From Eutreptiella sp. 'Long Island Sound 2002' (lineage: Eukaryota; Protista; Euglenida), in assembly GCA_964036045.1 (NCBI GenBank), contig OZ038379.1, positions 48,112,001-48,176,000 on the forward strand: DNA of 64,000 nt, given 5' to 3'. This document shows positions 1 through 13,302 of this stretch, one piece after another. Under the pieces are notes generated by a model that was given only the letters and a program-made list of their open reading frames with translations, made no database searches and was not told the origin of the DNA. The stretch's first letter is position 1. Every line of letters begins with the position of its first letter. The translations under genes were made by a program, and so were the position numbers.

Positions 1-979
1 TCACCGTGGTGGCCAACACCCTGGCGAACGTCACAGGGGCGTGGGATAAAAACATAGGACACCCCAACGAACGCAAGGACCAAGCCCAGGAAAACGAGGA
101 CACCCTGACGCCAGACCTCATGGACCAACTGGTACAGCTCATGAGCCCGCTAGAACAACACAACACACAAGACACCCGACCGTGACCCTGACATATTACT
201 AGCATACATGGTGGGTCACACAATGCAACCGCAGGGCCGCGGCAAAATGGGTGCAGTCGTTCACGCCTGAGTCGCGAACAGCGACCCCACTGGCATTCCG
301 AGTCAGATTCAGACACTGCTTCCACCACAGCAACCACCCCCTGGCGCACTGGCTAGCACTCCTAACCCCCATGCATAGGGCGGTATGCACCCCCACCACC
401 TACACCACACTACCACCCGCATGGCTCACATTGGTCTACAACATGGCGGCACACGTGCGGCGCCACGGAACGTCCCTGATAGAGCGATGGATGTCATGGC
501 CCATAGATACGGAGCAAACCATGAGAAGGAGAACCAACAGCTTGCAAGCCCACGCCAAGAGAAAACGTAGTATGCACCGGCCCAGCAAAGGTCAAGGGCC
601 GGCGTACAGCATCTTCGGCGAACGCAACGCCCCCAAACCGAGACCACCAAGGCGGGCACAAGCCAAACGGCAACTCCTGCCGGCGGCAGAGGCACAACGG
701 CCCCGCCAACCAAAACCACCCAAACGGGTCCCCCAGGGGGCAGCCCCCAACCAAGGCCAAGCCAAAGCCCCAAACATGCCGGAAGTTCACACCACAGGAA
801 AGAGACACCATGCACCTAGAATACGCTGACGGCGCACGAGTGCGGGGAGTATTCGGCCTCGGACGGAAAAACCAATCCAAACAGTGGGTCTGGTTTCGGG
901 GCCACGTAAAGGCCCGACAATGCACACCAGGCGCATACACAGATCTGCAAATCCAGATGTAGTGGCAGGCTCTACCAGT

Positions 980-3900
980 GTGGGGAGTGACGGCAAAAAG
1001 GGAAAACTTCGAACTATGGGATGACAGAACATTCCCAGAATGCCCGCTACATCTTTGCATGCCAGAAAACTTGGTGGAGCCGGGCACCCTGTGGACGTGC
1101 CAGAACCGTGGCTCGAAGCCCCAGTCATCGCGGAGGAACAACGAACGGCGGCAGTGTTGAACCACGAGTGGTGCCTAGGCGAACGACTACTACCTAGGAA
1201 AACAACCAAAGAACGCGCAACCAATGCAACACATGACAATGAGGTCATCCGTGCGCTCATCACCTTGATGTCCCTGAATGAACCAGGCATCACTTGTGAA
1301 AAAACCAAGGCCCTTGACCTGCAAGACATACCCGTCATGGCAGCATGCAACCTGGATGCCATGCTCTGGCAGGTACAAGCTCTCAATACCCAGGCCATCA
1401 TCCCCGACCTCACGCCCCTCCTCACTAGATTACGCTATCAATACCACACTACATGGGTCAAAGGGGTACCCATCTCCCACCAACAAGAGGTGCAAGTCCA
1501 CATCTACCACAACAAACGGAACCATATCTCGGCCTCGCCATGGGACAAGCAGCGGCAGCATGCGGCCTCCGGGGAGAATGCCGCCAGGGACAGGACACAC
1601 CGAGCCGCCACCATCACTTACCATCCATGGTTAGCGCCATATGGCGGGACAAACTAGACCTCCACACCGCGGTGGAATCCCACGACCCACAGACGCGACG
1701 CAACGCCTAGGACATTGCGGCAACTCTAGACACCACCCAACAAAAGGAGAGGCTCGAACGCCGAGCGAAAGGAGTGGCACAAAGACAATAGCAGTATATC
1801 GCAATCCCCAACCACACAAATCCCTGAAACAGGTGGACAACGTGCTGAGAGACACAGGTCACCGTGGTATCAAAGCGGTACGCCTCCAAGACGGCTCCAT
1901 CTCCAACGACCCAGGCATTGTCATGGTGGAAGTGCTGCAAAGCTTTCGGCGCCAACAAAACACGGCGGACCGGAAACTGTCCAACTACACGAAGGAACTC
2001 ATCTCGCACGTGCCGCAACTATACAACAGAACCCAAAGACGAGATATGCACCGCATCCCATTCACTATGCGGGAGTTGGACGCGGTGCTACTCAAACTAC
2101 AAATAGGAAAGACCCCAAGAGTGGACCGCCTACCAGCCGAATTGTACCGTAGCCTTCCACTCCACCCGAAAGGACACCTGGCGCCTTGCTTGTGGGACAT
2201 CGCCATAGGCAAGAGTGACATGCCACCAAACTGGACAAACGTGGTACAACCCCTATACAAGAGGGGCCACTGGGCAGGCCAAGATAATTGGAGACCCATT
2301 GTATGCGCAACCACAGAAGAAAAACTCATCTGAATGCTCATCCTCAGACAAATAGCACCGGCGGTATATCCAGCCATACCACCCACGATGTGAGGGCCAT
2401 ACCGGGCAACTCACCACTGGAAGCCATATTCATGCAGGACGCGGTGGCAGACATGGATCCGCTAGACCTCATCATTACGCCACTGGATGTGAAAGGAGCC
2501 TTCCCCAACACCCCACACCGGCTGTTGAAAGCCAATGTGGGAACAAATGGGCCTTCCGTTCGCGGGCTTCCTACGAGCATATCTAGCCACACACTTGTAT
2601 GCGATCCGAACAGAATTGGGTACCACCCGATGGGTCCACCTGACCAACGACTACCGCACGGAGGCGCAAAAGGCCCGTTCCGCTTCCTACTAGTCACCCA
2701 CCCGCCAGGCTTTTACCTCAGACGCACCTACCCGGATGTGGCACCAGGGACCACGTTCTTGGCATTTGCGGACAACATGGCGGTAGCGACAGCCACCACG
2801 CGCCAACCTCTACAAACAACCCCGGATGCAACCCGCTCAACAAGAGTGATGCATAACATCACAGGCTAAATAGAGAACAATATGCTACTGGTTCACAACA
2901 TAAGTCCACTACCATGGTACACATTGCCCCCCCCATCGTCTTTGCACCCCGGAGACCGACCCATAGAACCAGTACGCACGGCCACAAATGTAGGAATCCA
3001 ACAAGCAGCCAGACCTAAAAACGTCACGCTGCCACCCAACCTAGTACAACAATTGCCCAGGGCACTCGTCATCGCACGTACTCCGCGCTCTCTGCCGAGA
3101 CGCTAGCCTACTTCCTCCGGGCCGTACTCAATGCGGGCATAGGGTTCCAAACCCTACACCCGACACAACCACAAAAAATGCTGCAGGGCGCCGTCGCCAC
3201 GGGTGCGACGAGCGTGGACCATCCAAGGCCACCGCCCAATATCCCTCCCCGGGACCATACGTTGTGTGTCAGCACCATAATACGGAGATAACACCGACCA
3301 TTTCCTTCGCAACGCATACATTGCACACACGGCGGCGCCCCTACACCGCCTAATGCACAACCAAGAACCGTAGGTGCGGGAAGCATTTGCACTGTTGATG
3401 CGTGAGGCGCTAGGCCACCACAACACATGCCCCCAGTACATTCTCCAACAACAAGGCACACCCACTACGGTGGAAAACCACATGAGGAATCACCTGCAAC
3501 TAATACTACCCGACCACCGCGGCCCTAGTCCAGCCTTGAAAAGGGCCGCAAGACACTGCCAGCTTCGGACCACGCACCATTGATATGTTAACAGGAAAAT
3601 GTGCGCACACACGCCAACATCAAGCACCACGAATTGGCAGCCCAGCGCTCCCGTAGGGAGAACGGGCCGCGGGAGAACGTGCGCCAGTACGAGCGAAGGG
3701 CTGTACAGAGTTGTACATACTAGATACAAAGGGTCGGAAAAGAGCGAGCATCCCGCACGCACAATGCTACTTGGGACCACTGCTTGCGTACACGGCACGG
3801 TCCGGGGCCAAGGGAAAGCTGAACCATCCATAGTGTTTACAGTTCCTTTTTTATGTCTCATCGGTATGTGTACCTCGCTATGCAAGTGAACTAACCAACC

Positions 3901-4200
3901 AATTGGACGTGGCGAGGCGCTGCACACTAAGGGATGAAGCATCGGAGTGGGTAGAGTGCACAGCACATTCGATACTAGCCTCAAGGGCTAGGCAATAAGT
4001 ACCTTGCCCCGGATCCCAAAAGGTGCACCGCTAAACATGCCAATGTATGCCCACAAGGCGATTAACCTCAACACCGTGAGCACACCGACCATAAAGTCGC
4101 TTAGACAACCGCCTGTCCCGGCCAAGACACAGGGGTGGCGCACCACCCGCGCTCGGGAGCCCGGCTCTCCCGTCCCGGCCCATAGCAATCACCACAACTG
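980..4200 (+). mobile_element. Decayed LINE-like retroelement body around the RT
   Basis: Broken ORFs flank the RT on the same strand (1040-1657, 2882-3583, 3599-4207). A Cys/His-rich tail near 4020-4095 (RCTAKHANVCPQGD*PQHREHTDH) resembles a LINE C-terminal zinc knuckle. Boundaries are approximate. Confidence 0.6.
1641..2869 (+). pseudogene. Non-LTR (LINE-like) reverse transcriptase, inactivated
   Basis: RT motifs in order: FTMRELDAVLLKLQIGKTPRVDRLPAELY, PLYKRG...DNWRPIVCATTEEKLI, LDVKGAF, GGAKGPFRFLL, FLAFADN (2765-2776). In-frame TGA at 2331-2333 and a frameshift near 2387-2392. Confidence 0.85.
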
Positions 4201-5100
4201 CAACTAAACCCGAACCGCCTGCCACGGCCAAACACACCCGAAACCCAAACAAGCCGACCATAAGGCGGCGAGGACGACAGCAAACAACAACACCGGCACA
4301 GCATAGGCAGGCTACAACACAACGCACCCAATCCCAAACAAGCAGACCACGAGGCGGCAGACACGACAACAACCCACCACAAGACGCCAAGCATGGGTGG
4401 ATCGCAACACGGCACACCCAACACTGAACGAGGCGTCCCGAAGACGGCCCAGACAACAACAACCCAGCCCAACCAAACATACATAGGCGGACCAAGGCGC
4501 AACGAACCCCACCCGAAACAAGCGGACAACGAGGTGGCTACAACGGCAGCAACCCAACACAACACGCCGAGCGCAACCCGGCTGCTACACAACGAACCCA
4601 TCGCCCAACAGGCCGTCCGAAAGGCGATATGAACGAACACGCCCCAACACAACCGAGGCCACGCGGGCCGCATCACGACGCACCCAACCCCAACTAGGAT
4701 GCAAACAAGACAGCCCGAACAAAAGCAACCCAGCACAACATGCCGAACACAAGCGAGCCACGGCACAAGAAACCAGACCCAAAACAAGCCGTTTGCAAGG
4801 CGGCTATGACACCAACAACCAGCCGAGCAAGCGCCGGCTGCAGCGATACGAACCCAACGCCGAACAAGCCGACCGGAGGCGGAAAACACAACCACAAACG
4901 AACACAACCGGTATGGAAACAACGACCACACCACCAACAGACCACACACAAGCCGGCCAATATCAAACCAGCCGGCATGCAAGGGTCAAAACGGGACTGG
5001 CAGTCACCCAGCGGGAAACACCAAGGTGCGCCACGCTAGTCGATGACCATACCCACCAATAGGACACAACACCATAACTCAGCCATTACACAACCAACCA
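4200..5100. repeat. Diverged A/C-rich tandem repeat, period about 80-110 bp
   Basis: Anchor AAACAAG(C/A)(C/A/G)G recurs near 4246, 4336, 4516, 4703, 4782 and 4862, with a looser variant near 4606. Confidence 0.5.
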
Positions 5101-5559
5101 ACCAACATCAAAGAAGTACACCAAATCCACCGGACCCCCGGGAGAGCGAAAGCTTGACCGAGTCAGGAGGTGTAAGCACCTGCACGGCAACCGAGTCCGG
5201 CGGCACGTGCTTCTTCACGTCGTCTTATGCCTACTGAAAACCAACACAGGTGGGGATGAGCAGGACAAGCTTAGAGCTCTTGGATCCCAGAAACGGGAGG
5301 TTGATGAGGAGATGTGATTGGACCCTCCCCCACGTGTCATCCGCCCGAAGGAGGGGAATTGGAGACTTCGGTCAAGCACGGGTTACCCCTCTAGGCAGAA
5401 CCCGCTAGAGGGTGCTGCTCGTGGCGACTGTGCCCTTCCCTCCGAGTTGGGGAAACCGCTTTGTGGGGACACGCAAAGCTAGGGCCATGGGTGGGTGAGG
5501 CAAAGCCCCTCGGTAAGCCCCCCTCGGGGGCGACCCCAGTCCCGACAAGACCTACCTAC

Positions 5560-6938
5560 CTACCTTCCCACGTCACTTGTCCCGTAGGGCTCAACGTCGG
5601 CAGGCAGTACTAGTCCATCAAGCTCCTTCCAGGTAGATATTTGGACATGATTGAACGGAAGTTGGGCAGTTCTTGGCACAAAGACGCTCTGTGGTGCAGC
5701 CGCTGGAGTGGGAGTAGGCTGACTCCTCACATCACTCAAGGTGTGTGTTACACCGGCCACCAGGTGGTTGGCCTGAATCTTGTGGGGTGAAGCCCCCATC
5801 CCGAGAGCGGCACGGGCACGGCACATGAGTGGTTCCAGCCTGGCCGTGATGTCCTGAGTCACGTCCTTCGTTAGGTCATCCACGGCTCCAAGAAGGGCCT
5901 CTTTGAGCTTTAACCGTGTCACATATCTTTGTGAGGATCTTTTAGATCCCCTGCTCCTACCTCCAACGGACCATGAACCTCTCTGCCAATGAGCTATAAG
6001 GTGCTCCAGGGATACCTCCCCCATAGTTAGGCACCGAGGAAACACCTATCATAGTCGTCAGCCCAGGCGCTGGCATACAACGGTAGACACCTGATGGTCC
6101 ATAGAAGGCGGGTCCGAGCATTCAAGTATAGCCTGACCTTGAAGCAAACGGCTCGCTAGCAAGGTGTGCCGTAGGTGGCGCTTCCATAGTAATGTCCGAG
6201 GTGTGGATAGTTACGGACGGGCCAATAGGGTCTGTTCCCTCTGCCATAGGCGAGTGGCTTCTTGGAGAGGACGTAGTTGGGTGTGTAGGGAGTCCTGGCG
6301 TGTCCATGCCGCTATCAGCCGTGGGCCCAGTTCCTTCAAGCCCAGTTGCTGAAGAGGAGGGCGTGGCAATGAAGGCAATCACGCGTTCATGGTCGTGTGC
6401 TGCTTCGTGATGTCCTCCTTCTCCACCTTTCCCTGTCTCTTTGCCTTGAGGTGTGGTTACACTCAACCCTTCGAAGGCAGCACCCAAGCTGCTGCAGTCT
6501 GGCGATTGGTCCTTCTCTGGAGGGCAACTAAAAAGCACTCTAGGTACAGGCTTAGGTTCACGTACAGGTTCACCAGTTGCGCGCTCCTCTAAATGATCTC
6601 GTGAGTTAATGGGCTCTGGCTTCTGCGATGGTGTCCTAGTGCTTTTCCAAGCACTGTTGCCTCCACAGTGTCTTTGATTTGCGTAGCTTTTTCTCCGCCC
6701 TTCAAGGAGTATGCATATTACTCCTCGACAGTCTGATTGTGCTGCACGGGGTTGCACGGGACCTCAAATAACTTAAGCCTCCACTACCGGAAAGAAAGGT
6801 AGACTCCGGATAAGCTTTGATGAAGTTCTTGTGTATCTTTGACCACTGCTTGTTTCCTGTTGCTTGCATGTTGTTCCCAGAGTTTTGACTTTTTTGTGAC
6901 ACCAAGGAAGGATACAAACCACAGTCCAAGTAGGGCAC
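5560..6938 (-). pseudogene. Broken ORFs of unknown, probably transposon, origin
   Basis: Co-oriented ORFs 6702-6938, 6122-6757 and 5560-6045. The segment NKQWSKIHKNFIKAYPES weakly resembles a Myb/SANT-like helix. No firm family. Confidence 0.2.
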
Positions 6939-7189
6939 AATTCAGCATCAAAATACTCCACACATGAAGGGCTGCAGTGCGAAGAACATAGATGATTTAC
7001 AAAGTTAGACATGAACAACAATCGATCCAATTTTGACTGCAACAAACAAAAGATAGTTAAAAACTAAGATGAGAAAGCTGCCCCTATGGGCATCCTCTGT
7101 GAGGCAAGGTCAAACTGAGATGAGTACGCTTCTTTTTTGGTCACATTGGTGTTGATGTGGCATGGCTTGTGGCACCGAGGTCACAGCCA

Positions 7190-7292
7190 TGTCACCGGGG
7201 GTCTTCCTACTTAGCTAGGCTGTTGAGGTTTGAACCTAGGACTTCTCAAAAAGAGGTGGCCCAGCCTGTAGGGTACATACCACTAGGTTAAG
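7190..7292 (-). mobile_element. tRNA-derived SINE-like head (Pol III A/B boxes)
   Basis: Minus strand has TAACCTAGTGGTA (A-box-like, 7290-7278) about 40 nt before AGGTTCAAACC (B-box-like, 7237-7227). No complete cloverleaf. Confidence 0.4.
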
Positions 7293-8999
7293 TAGGCATT
7301 CATGAAAAAGTAGATAAAAATGTATAGGCTCCGAACCATAGCAGTGATTCACTAAACTCAGCATATCCTTCCACGATCCTGTCATAGCATCAATATATTT
7401 GGGGGTGCAAGGGTCCTCATAACACCCTCTAATTTGTGTTTGGTTTCATAGGTCAAAATGCATTATCCTCATTTTGTTGGAGACAAATACTAAGACAAAA
7501 ATGTGGTATGCCTCGAGATGTGTTTAATACAACTAAAGCTATTCTGTAGGCATTTAAATACACCTTTTCTTACTTTGTGCAGATGTTGCTACTCTCTATT
7601 TAGCTTACATGCTTGTTCATTCAGCGGGCGGCCCAACCCGGGCGCCTCTTCCAGTATTGCTTCCTAGCTCATATTGTGGCTTGATCTTGTGACACCGTGT
7701 GAACTATTTCTATTTTGCATGCGCCTAAGAGCACGCTTTCTTTTGCATTGATTATCCTATTCCTACCTGTGTTGTGCCCTTGCACGCAGTCATGTTGATT
7801 TGTCCCTTCCGGCCTCCTTTGTACCCGCCCACTATCGCGTACTTGGTATTTGATGCCAGCCTCTTGCCTGCGTCGTGCATTCCTCCGCCGTTGTATGTTA
7901 TGCTTTGTTACGTTGTTGTATGTCGTATTGTGTTTTGTTGTTTGTGTTGTGCTGTGTTGCTATGCTCCAACCTTGTTGTGTGGTATTCTGTTCTGTTTTT
8001 TTGTGGGGTGTCGCTCTTTGACCTCTTGCTCTCCTCTGCTAGCTCGTCCGTGCTTGTTGTCTCGTCTTGTGTTTGCCTTCTTTTGCCCTTTAGTTGCCTC
8101 CCTTGCTCACTATTGTGCACCTTGTTCAATGTTTTACGCTCTACCAACCTCCCCGATGCCTTGACACAAACTTTTTCCTTGGTGTCATATTTTATGGCCG
8201 TTCTGTTCGTTTTTGGGCTGTTTATGGTAGCATTAATTGCGAAGGTTGCCAACCCTTGTCAGTTAGACAACTTGTGAAGGAAGGGAATGGAATTCCAAGA
8301 ATTCAAGGTACTGTTTGTTTAAATGTATTTGCTTTGTGCCTTCTTCGTTGCCGTTGTATCCGCGACATAATGTGGCACACACTAATGCAGATTCACAATG
8401 TCCAAGAGTTATCACACTCACCAGCCATGTCTCGCTCAAACCTCCAAATGCTGTGCAGTAGTGGTACAACAAGACAGGGCTTTGGGCGGCTTTGGAGAAG
8501 AGCACCCAAAGTACGGTGTTGCGCGTCACCACTACCACGCTTACAACCTATACTTCCCAACTAGTCCTTTAGTCGGAATTTTAAACATCGATTGGGGAAC
8601 CCTTCAAGAACATACTTTATTAATTTGTGCCACGTGACATCCAGTCACTTATCGTTCCGCTGCTTGTTCGGTTAGACATATGCCCGGCAGGATGTCCATA
8701 ATGTGCCTACTAGATGGATTTTTCAAGTCGTATCTTGGTTTTTTGGCGTCCGGTCCAATGCACCAATTGAGTGTTTTCTAGGGGCGGGGGGGGGGGGTAT
8801 GTGTGGCATGCGTGTTAAAATATGTGGCGCAACGCCGCTTCAAAAAGAAATACGGAAGGGTAGGTGGTCACCTTTTCTAGCATAGAGCTGCAAATTGCAC
8901 AACGGAAAAAAACAAAGGCAAGCACATCTTTTTGGAGTCTTCAAAACAACCATTAACCATGAATTGGTGCCGCATTTTGCGGCGCTCGTCCGCATCCAT

Positions 9000-9940
9000 G
9001 AACGAAAAGAACAACGGCTTTTTGACAAAACAAAACGGCAACAAAGAACGTATGCATCAATCCAAAGCAGCCAAAAAAGTAAAACATGTCGTAAATACAA
9101 CATTCAAATGTAGGGTGTTCTTAGTAGCCCTTGCCATAGGGTTTCCGAAGAGCGCAGTAAAATCGCAAGCTCCCGAACATTCAATGAACCTACTGAGATA
9201 ACAACAACACCGAACCCTAAAAACTCATAGACTTGGCAGAATTCTGATTGTCCTTGAGAGATAAGGCGAAATGACTAGTTGCGTGGCCAAAGATCTGCAT
9301 ATTAGAGTGGCAGCTACATAATTTGTCGGAAATCAACAGGCACAATTGTGAAAAACAAAATGGGGAGTTTTTCCGTAACATATTGGTGTTAACATTAAGA
9401 GGCATATCGGCCGAGAAATGTTGCTCGAGTTTAGAGCCACAATTACGGTAGTAACATCGGCGGCAACCATTGCTGTTTCACCACACGAAAAAGATTATTG
9501 GTCCTTCTGTTGCTGGAGTGACAGGAAACGTCACATTTTCTAACAAAAACTTTTGTGTCACTACCTCTCTAGCCGGGAGCTCCAAAAATTCATGACTGTT
9601 ACAATTTTGCATTAGCGTGTCATAAAATAAAAGATCAAATAGGATTGTCTTCATTGTACCCATCAAGGAATTGGAGTGTGTTCATCAACACATTTAAATG
9701 GCGCACATCGACACACTCTATCAACACGCTCTATTTGTAAGCTGTCCTGAAGTGTTTGACATAGTGTGACATTATTTTTGTCTTGTTTTTGGAGAGACAA
9801 CCGGCTAAATGGCAAATATAGCAACCTATAGAGATCACTTTGAAGTACATGTCAACAACGAAACAGGGTTGCTTTTCGTTTTGGTCGCTTTTTTTGGTAA
9901 AACAAACTTCGGACACACTCCCGGTTGACGGACACACTAC
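9000..9940 (-). pseudogene. Highly degraded Mutator-like transposase fragment
   Basis: FVVDMYFKVISIG (D-x-x-F-K type first Asp) is followed in another frame by VAADVTTVIVAL...PICLL. Many stops and frameshifts. Confidence 0.25.
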
Positions 9941-10759
9941 TGGTCATTTTGCCTTATGTGGTCCACATTTACCCATTTGAGTTCCAAAACGAAGTGCGGA
10001 GGTCGTCAATGTACTAAAATTGCCCCAACCGTGTCACAAAACTACCCTTGAAACAACGTTGGGTAGCTTCATATCCGCTAGAAAAGATGATAAAACCAAC
10101 GATCTAGGCGACCAAACCCATCCTTTTTTTTTTAAAAGCAGCACCATAGAGTTGAAACTAATCCGCTTTGCCTGATAAAACCATCCTACCACCATCTCTC
10201 AATGACCACTGTGGAGAAAAGTACGCAAACCAAATAGTTAAATTGCAAAACGCAAAACATTGAACTCAGTGTGTTTAGATAGGAACCTTAGGTAAAACTA
10301 TATGCATTGTCACAAAAATTACTGTTGAATACTGCAGCAAGATAGCTCAACAATGGCACGGGACTTGCCAACGCTACTTGAAGCATTAAGGCCCTAATTC
10401 ACTTTTGTCTGAAACATAAATGCACCAATATGTGCCCCGGTGAAAGAGCATGATGATGAAAAGATATGTCCGTAGGTGCCGTGGATTGTTGGTGGGGGGG
10501 CGGGGCGCGTCATGGTTTCTGACTGGCATCATCTTTGTGATGGAATAATTAAGAAGCTCTGCGCATGGAGAGGGTAGCTTAATATCCATAGGATCTATTT
10601 AGTGGACCCCAACAAACCGGGCCGGGACGGCATGAGGAGAGCTTATCCAAGCCACGGTTGTTTATTATCCCACACCAAGAGGGTGTGCCGCCCTGTTTGC
10701 ACGTGAACCGTGTTTGGTGCGGAACCCCAGTTGTTCACTACAATTCCTAGCGGAGTTTT

Positions 10760-10950
10760 TTTTTCATACCATACCGGCAGGCTGCATCGACCTTGTACCT
10801 GAGTGGTGAGGGGTTAAGGTGCTGAACTCTCCACCTGTAGTGTCCAAGGAGTGTTGGCCTTAGGATGCCCTCTTCACCCTTGGTTCCGGGACTTGGTTGC
10901 ACACCCCACGTGCTAGGCTCCAGCAGTCTCGGTACTTGGGCAACGGGCAC
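10760..10950 (-). pseudogene. Possible tyrosine-recombinase C-terminal remnant (DIRS/Ngaro-like)
   Basis: Across a frameshift it reads CWSLARG... (degenerate HSLRRGGAT-like) then GILRPTLLGHYRWR...PLRY (RW...Y-like). Confidence 0.2.
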
Positions 10951-11600
10951 CGGTGGTACTGCTTGGTGTTGATGGCGGGCATCCGGGAGCATGGGCGGCG
11001 TGCGGAATGGTGTGCATGACCCGGGGGTGTGGGGGGATGTGGTGCACTGGACAGGGTGCCGTGTGGAGAATGGGGCAGGGGTTAAGCCAACAGGTGTGTC
11101 GCCCTAGGGGTGCGGTGGTGGATTTGGTGTTGGGTTGTCCCACATGGAGCATGGGGCGGGGTTTATGCCGACAGGTATCTCATCCCGGGAGTGTTGTGCT
11201 GGTTGTGGTGTTAGGGTATGCCATGTGGAGCAGGGGCCGGCGGTGAAGTCGACGAGTGTGTGGTTTTCGGGGTGTTCGGGTGGTTCTGGTGTCGGGGTGC
11301 CCTGTGAGGAGCACTGGGTTGGGTGAATCCAACAGGCATGTTTTCTCAAGGATGCAGCGGTTACTGTGGTATTGGATTGTGCGGTATGGAGCACGAGGAG
11401 GGGTAAAGCCGGCGCATGTGTTATCCCCGTTGTATGGCAGTGTTGGTGGTGCTAGGCTGTGCCGTATGGAGCATGCGGCCAGGTGGAGTCCACGGGTGTG
11501 TCAACCCTGGAGGTTGGTGGTGGCTGTGGTGTTGGGGTGTACCGTGTGGAGCACGGGGCGGGCTGAAGCGGACGGGCGTGTCGCCCCTTGGAGTGTTGTT
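10950..11600. repeat. Diverged 80-bp tandem repeat, 8 copies
   Basis: Anchor GGAG(C/A)A at 10986, 11065, 11146, 11227, 11308, 11388, 11468 and 11548 (spacing 79-81 bp). Confidence 0.8.
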
Positions 11601-13236
11601 GGAGTGTGGCTTAGGGGGCATTTTTGCACAGCGCGCGCACAGCGCCAATTATTACGGTGATTATCCAGGTAACAACCCTGAAAACCATCATGCACAATCA
11701 ATTCAAAACTCAAAAATTCAAACATCTGATGCTTGCCATGGGTCCCAGGGACCTAAATTCTGCCCCCTATAGCCCCGTCCACTGCAGCAGCCATTCAATG
11801 ACGTCCTTTCAATCTTCTGAACTTACCGAACTCCCGGTGGTGGAGAACAGCCAACTTTTCGCACAGCACGCGCACAGCGCACGGTACGCCCCCTTAGCCT
11901 CTTGCCAAGGACAATGTGAAGGCAATGAATTGGGAAAGCAACAAGTGCAGTTGGAACTGTCATGCACCCTTCAACTCAAAATGCATGTTGTTGTGTACAT
12001 TATTTCCCCTGGTTAAAATTGGTGAAACACATTTATGATGGCATCTCTGTCCATGGAGTACAGAAATGAGACAGCCAGCACAGCCGGCAAATGCACAGCA
12101 GCATGAGCAGTGGAGGGGTTGCAGGCTGCCAAAGTGGCTACAGGCAAGATCTGAGTGGTAGCACCCCATTACCCATTACCCATTACCCCATTACATGGAG
12201 ATGCATGTGGGATAGCTGGCTTGGTTGTGGCAGTAATGCATTGCTTCAGCTGAGAGCAGAATCGGTGCTTACCCTGTGGCCATGTGGGCTACATGACTTC
12301 TGGCGATATGCAGGCTTATCCTGCTTCTGTGCCGTCATCTCGGCACACACTGACCAACGGTGATTGAAAAGCTGATGCATAGACCACTGTTATACAGAAA
12401 CACACAGAAACAAGTGTCGCTGATGAGCTCCCTAGATAGGTGCCCCATAAGGTGAGGGTGTGCAAAAATCAAGGGCTGCAGCCTGCCACAGTTAAATATA
12501 CATGTGTTGTTGTTGCATACAGGGAGACATACTCACCGCGCGCATCGTGTGGTGCACCGCGCGTGCACCGCGCTTATGTTTCTACAAATCCTTCTGTGGA
12601 TTTTTCACGCATTTTCAAGGTGGCAGGAACGCAGCGGCCTAAGGGGTAAGCATACAACAACGGAAACCTCCACTCCATCCTCCTCACTACTGGTGGCTGT
12701 AGCCGCCCACATCCCCTGCCACGGGAGGGCCATAGGAAGAGAAAGAAGAAGAACTAGAACTCTCCCGGATGGCCGCTCAGCCCGGACGGCCGCTCAGGCC
12801 GAAGAGCCTGATGCCCCACAGGGTGCCCAAGCCTGTGAAGCCGATTCGCTATGCGCAATGCACTCGTTTTGCGTTTCGGAATGCTATGAGCCCGAAGAAG
12901 ATGACGAGTCCGAATCAGAATCAGAATGTGAACCACGGTACCCGGGCTCACCACAGGTGAGGGCAGAGGAGGGGGGAAATGGTGGTGAGGCGCAGAAGAA
13001 GGCACAAAGGGGAGCTAAAGGTTCTCTGCACATGTGAGAAATGTACGCACCGCGCCCGCACCGTGTGGTGCACCGCGCGCACTGCGCTTATGTCTCCCTC
13101 ATATGCAGAGGCATGCAATCTTGTGCTGATTCCACCATAATCTGCACGTTGCCATGATCATGCCCTGCACCAAGAGATGCTGCTGCTGTCGCATGCATAT
13201 GCACACATGCACAGCCACGCACATGTGCGCACACAG

Positions 13237-13302
13237 AAACACACACACACACACACACACACGTTGAACGTGATAAACAGGCACCACACACACACACACA
13301 CA
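13237..13302. repeat. (CA)n microsatellites (others at about 14162, 17393 and 46755)
   Basis: Directly visible dinucleotide runs. Confidence 0.9.

Noticed and set aside
7774-8277. Hydrophobic 167-aa ORF resembling a membrane protein
   Set aside because: It derives from T/G-rich low-complexity sequence and has no credible domain.
12405-12445. GAAAC...CTGATGAG hammerhead-like words
   Set aside because: Stems I and III are too short to form and no stem II closes the core. The same applies at about 5310-5330 and 35228-35260.
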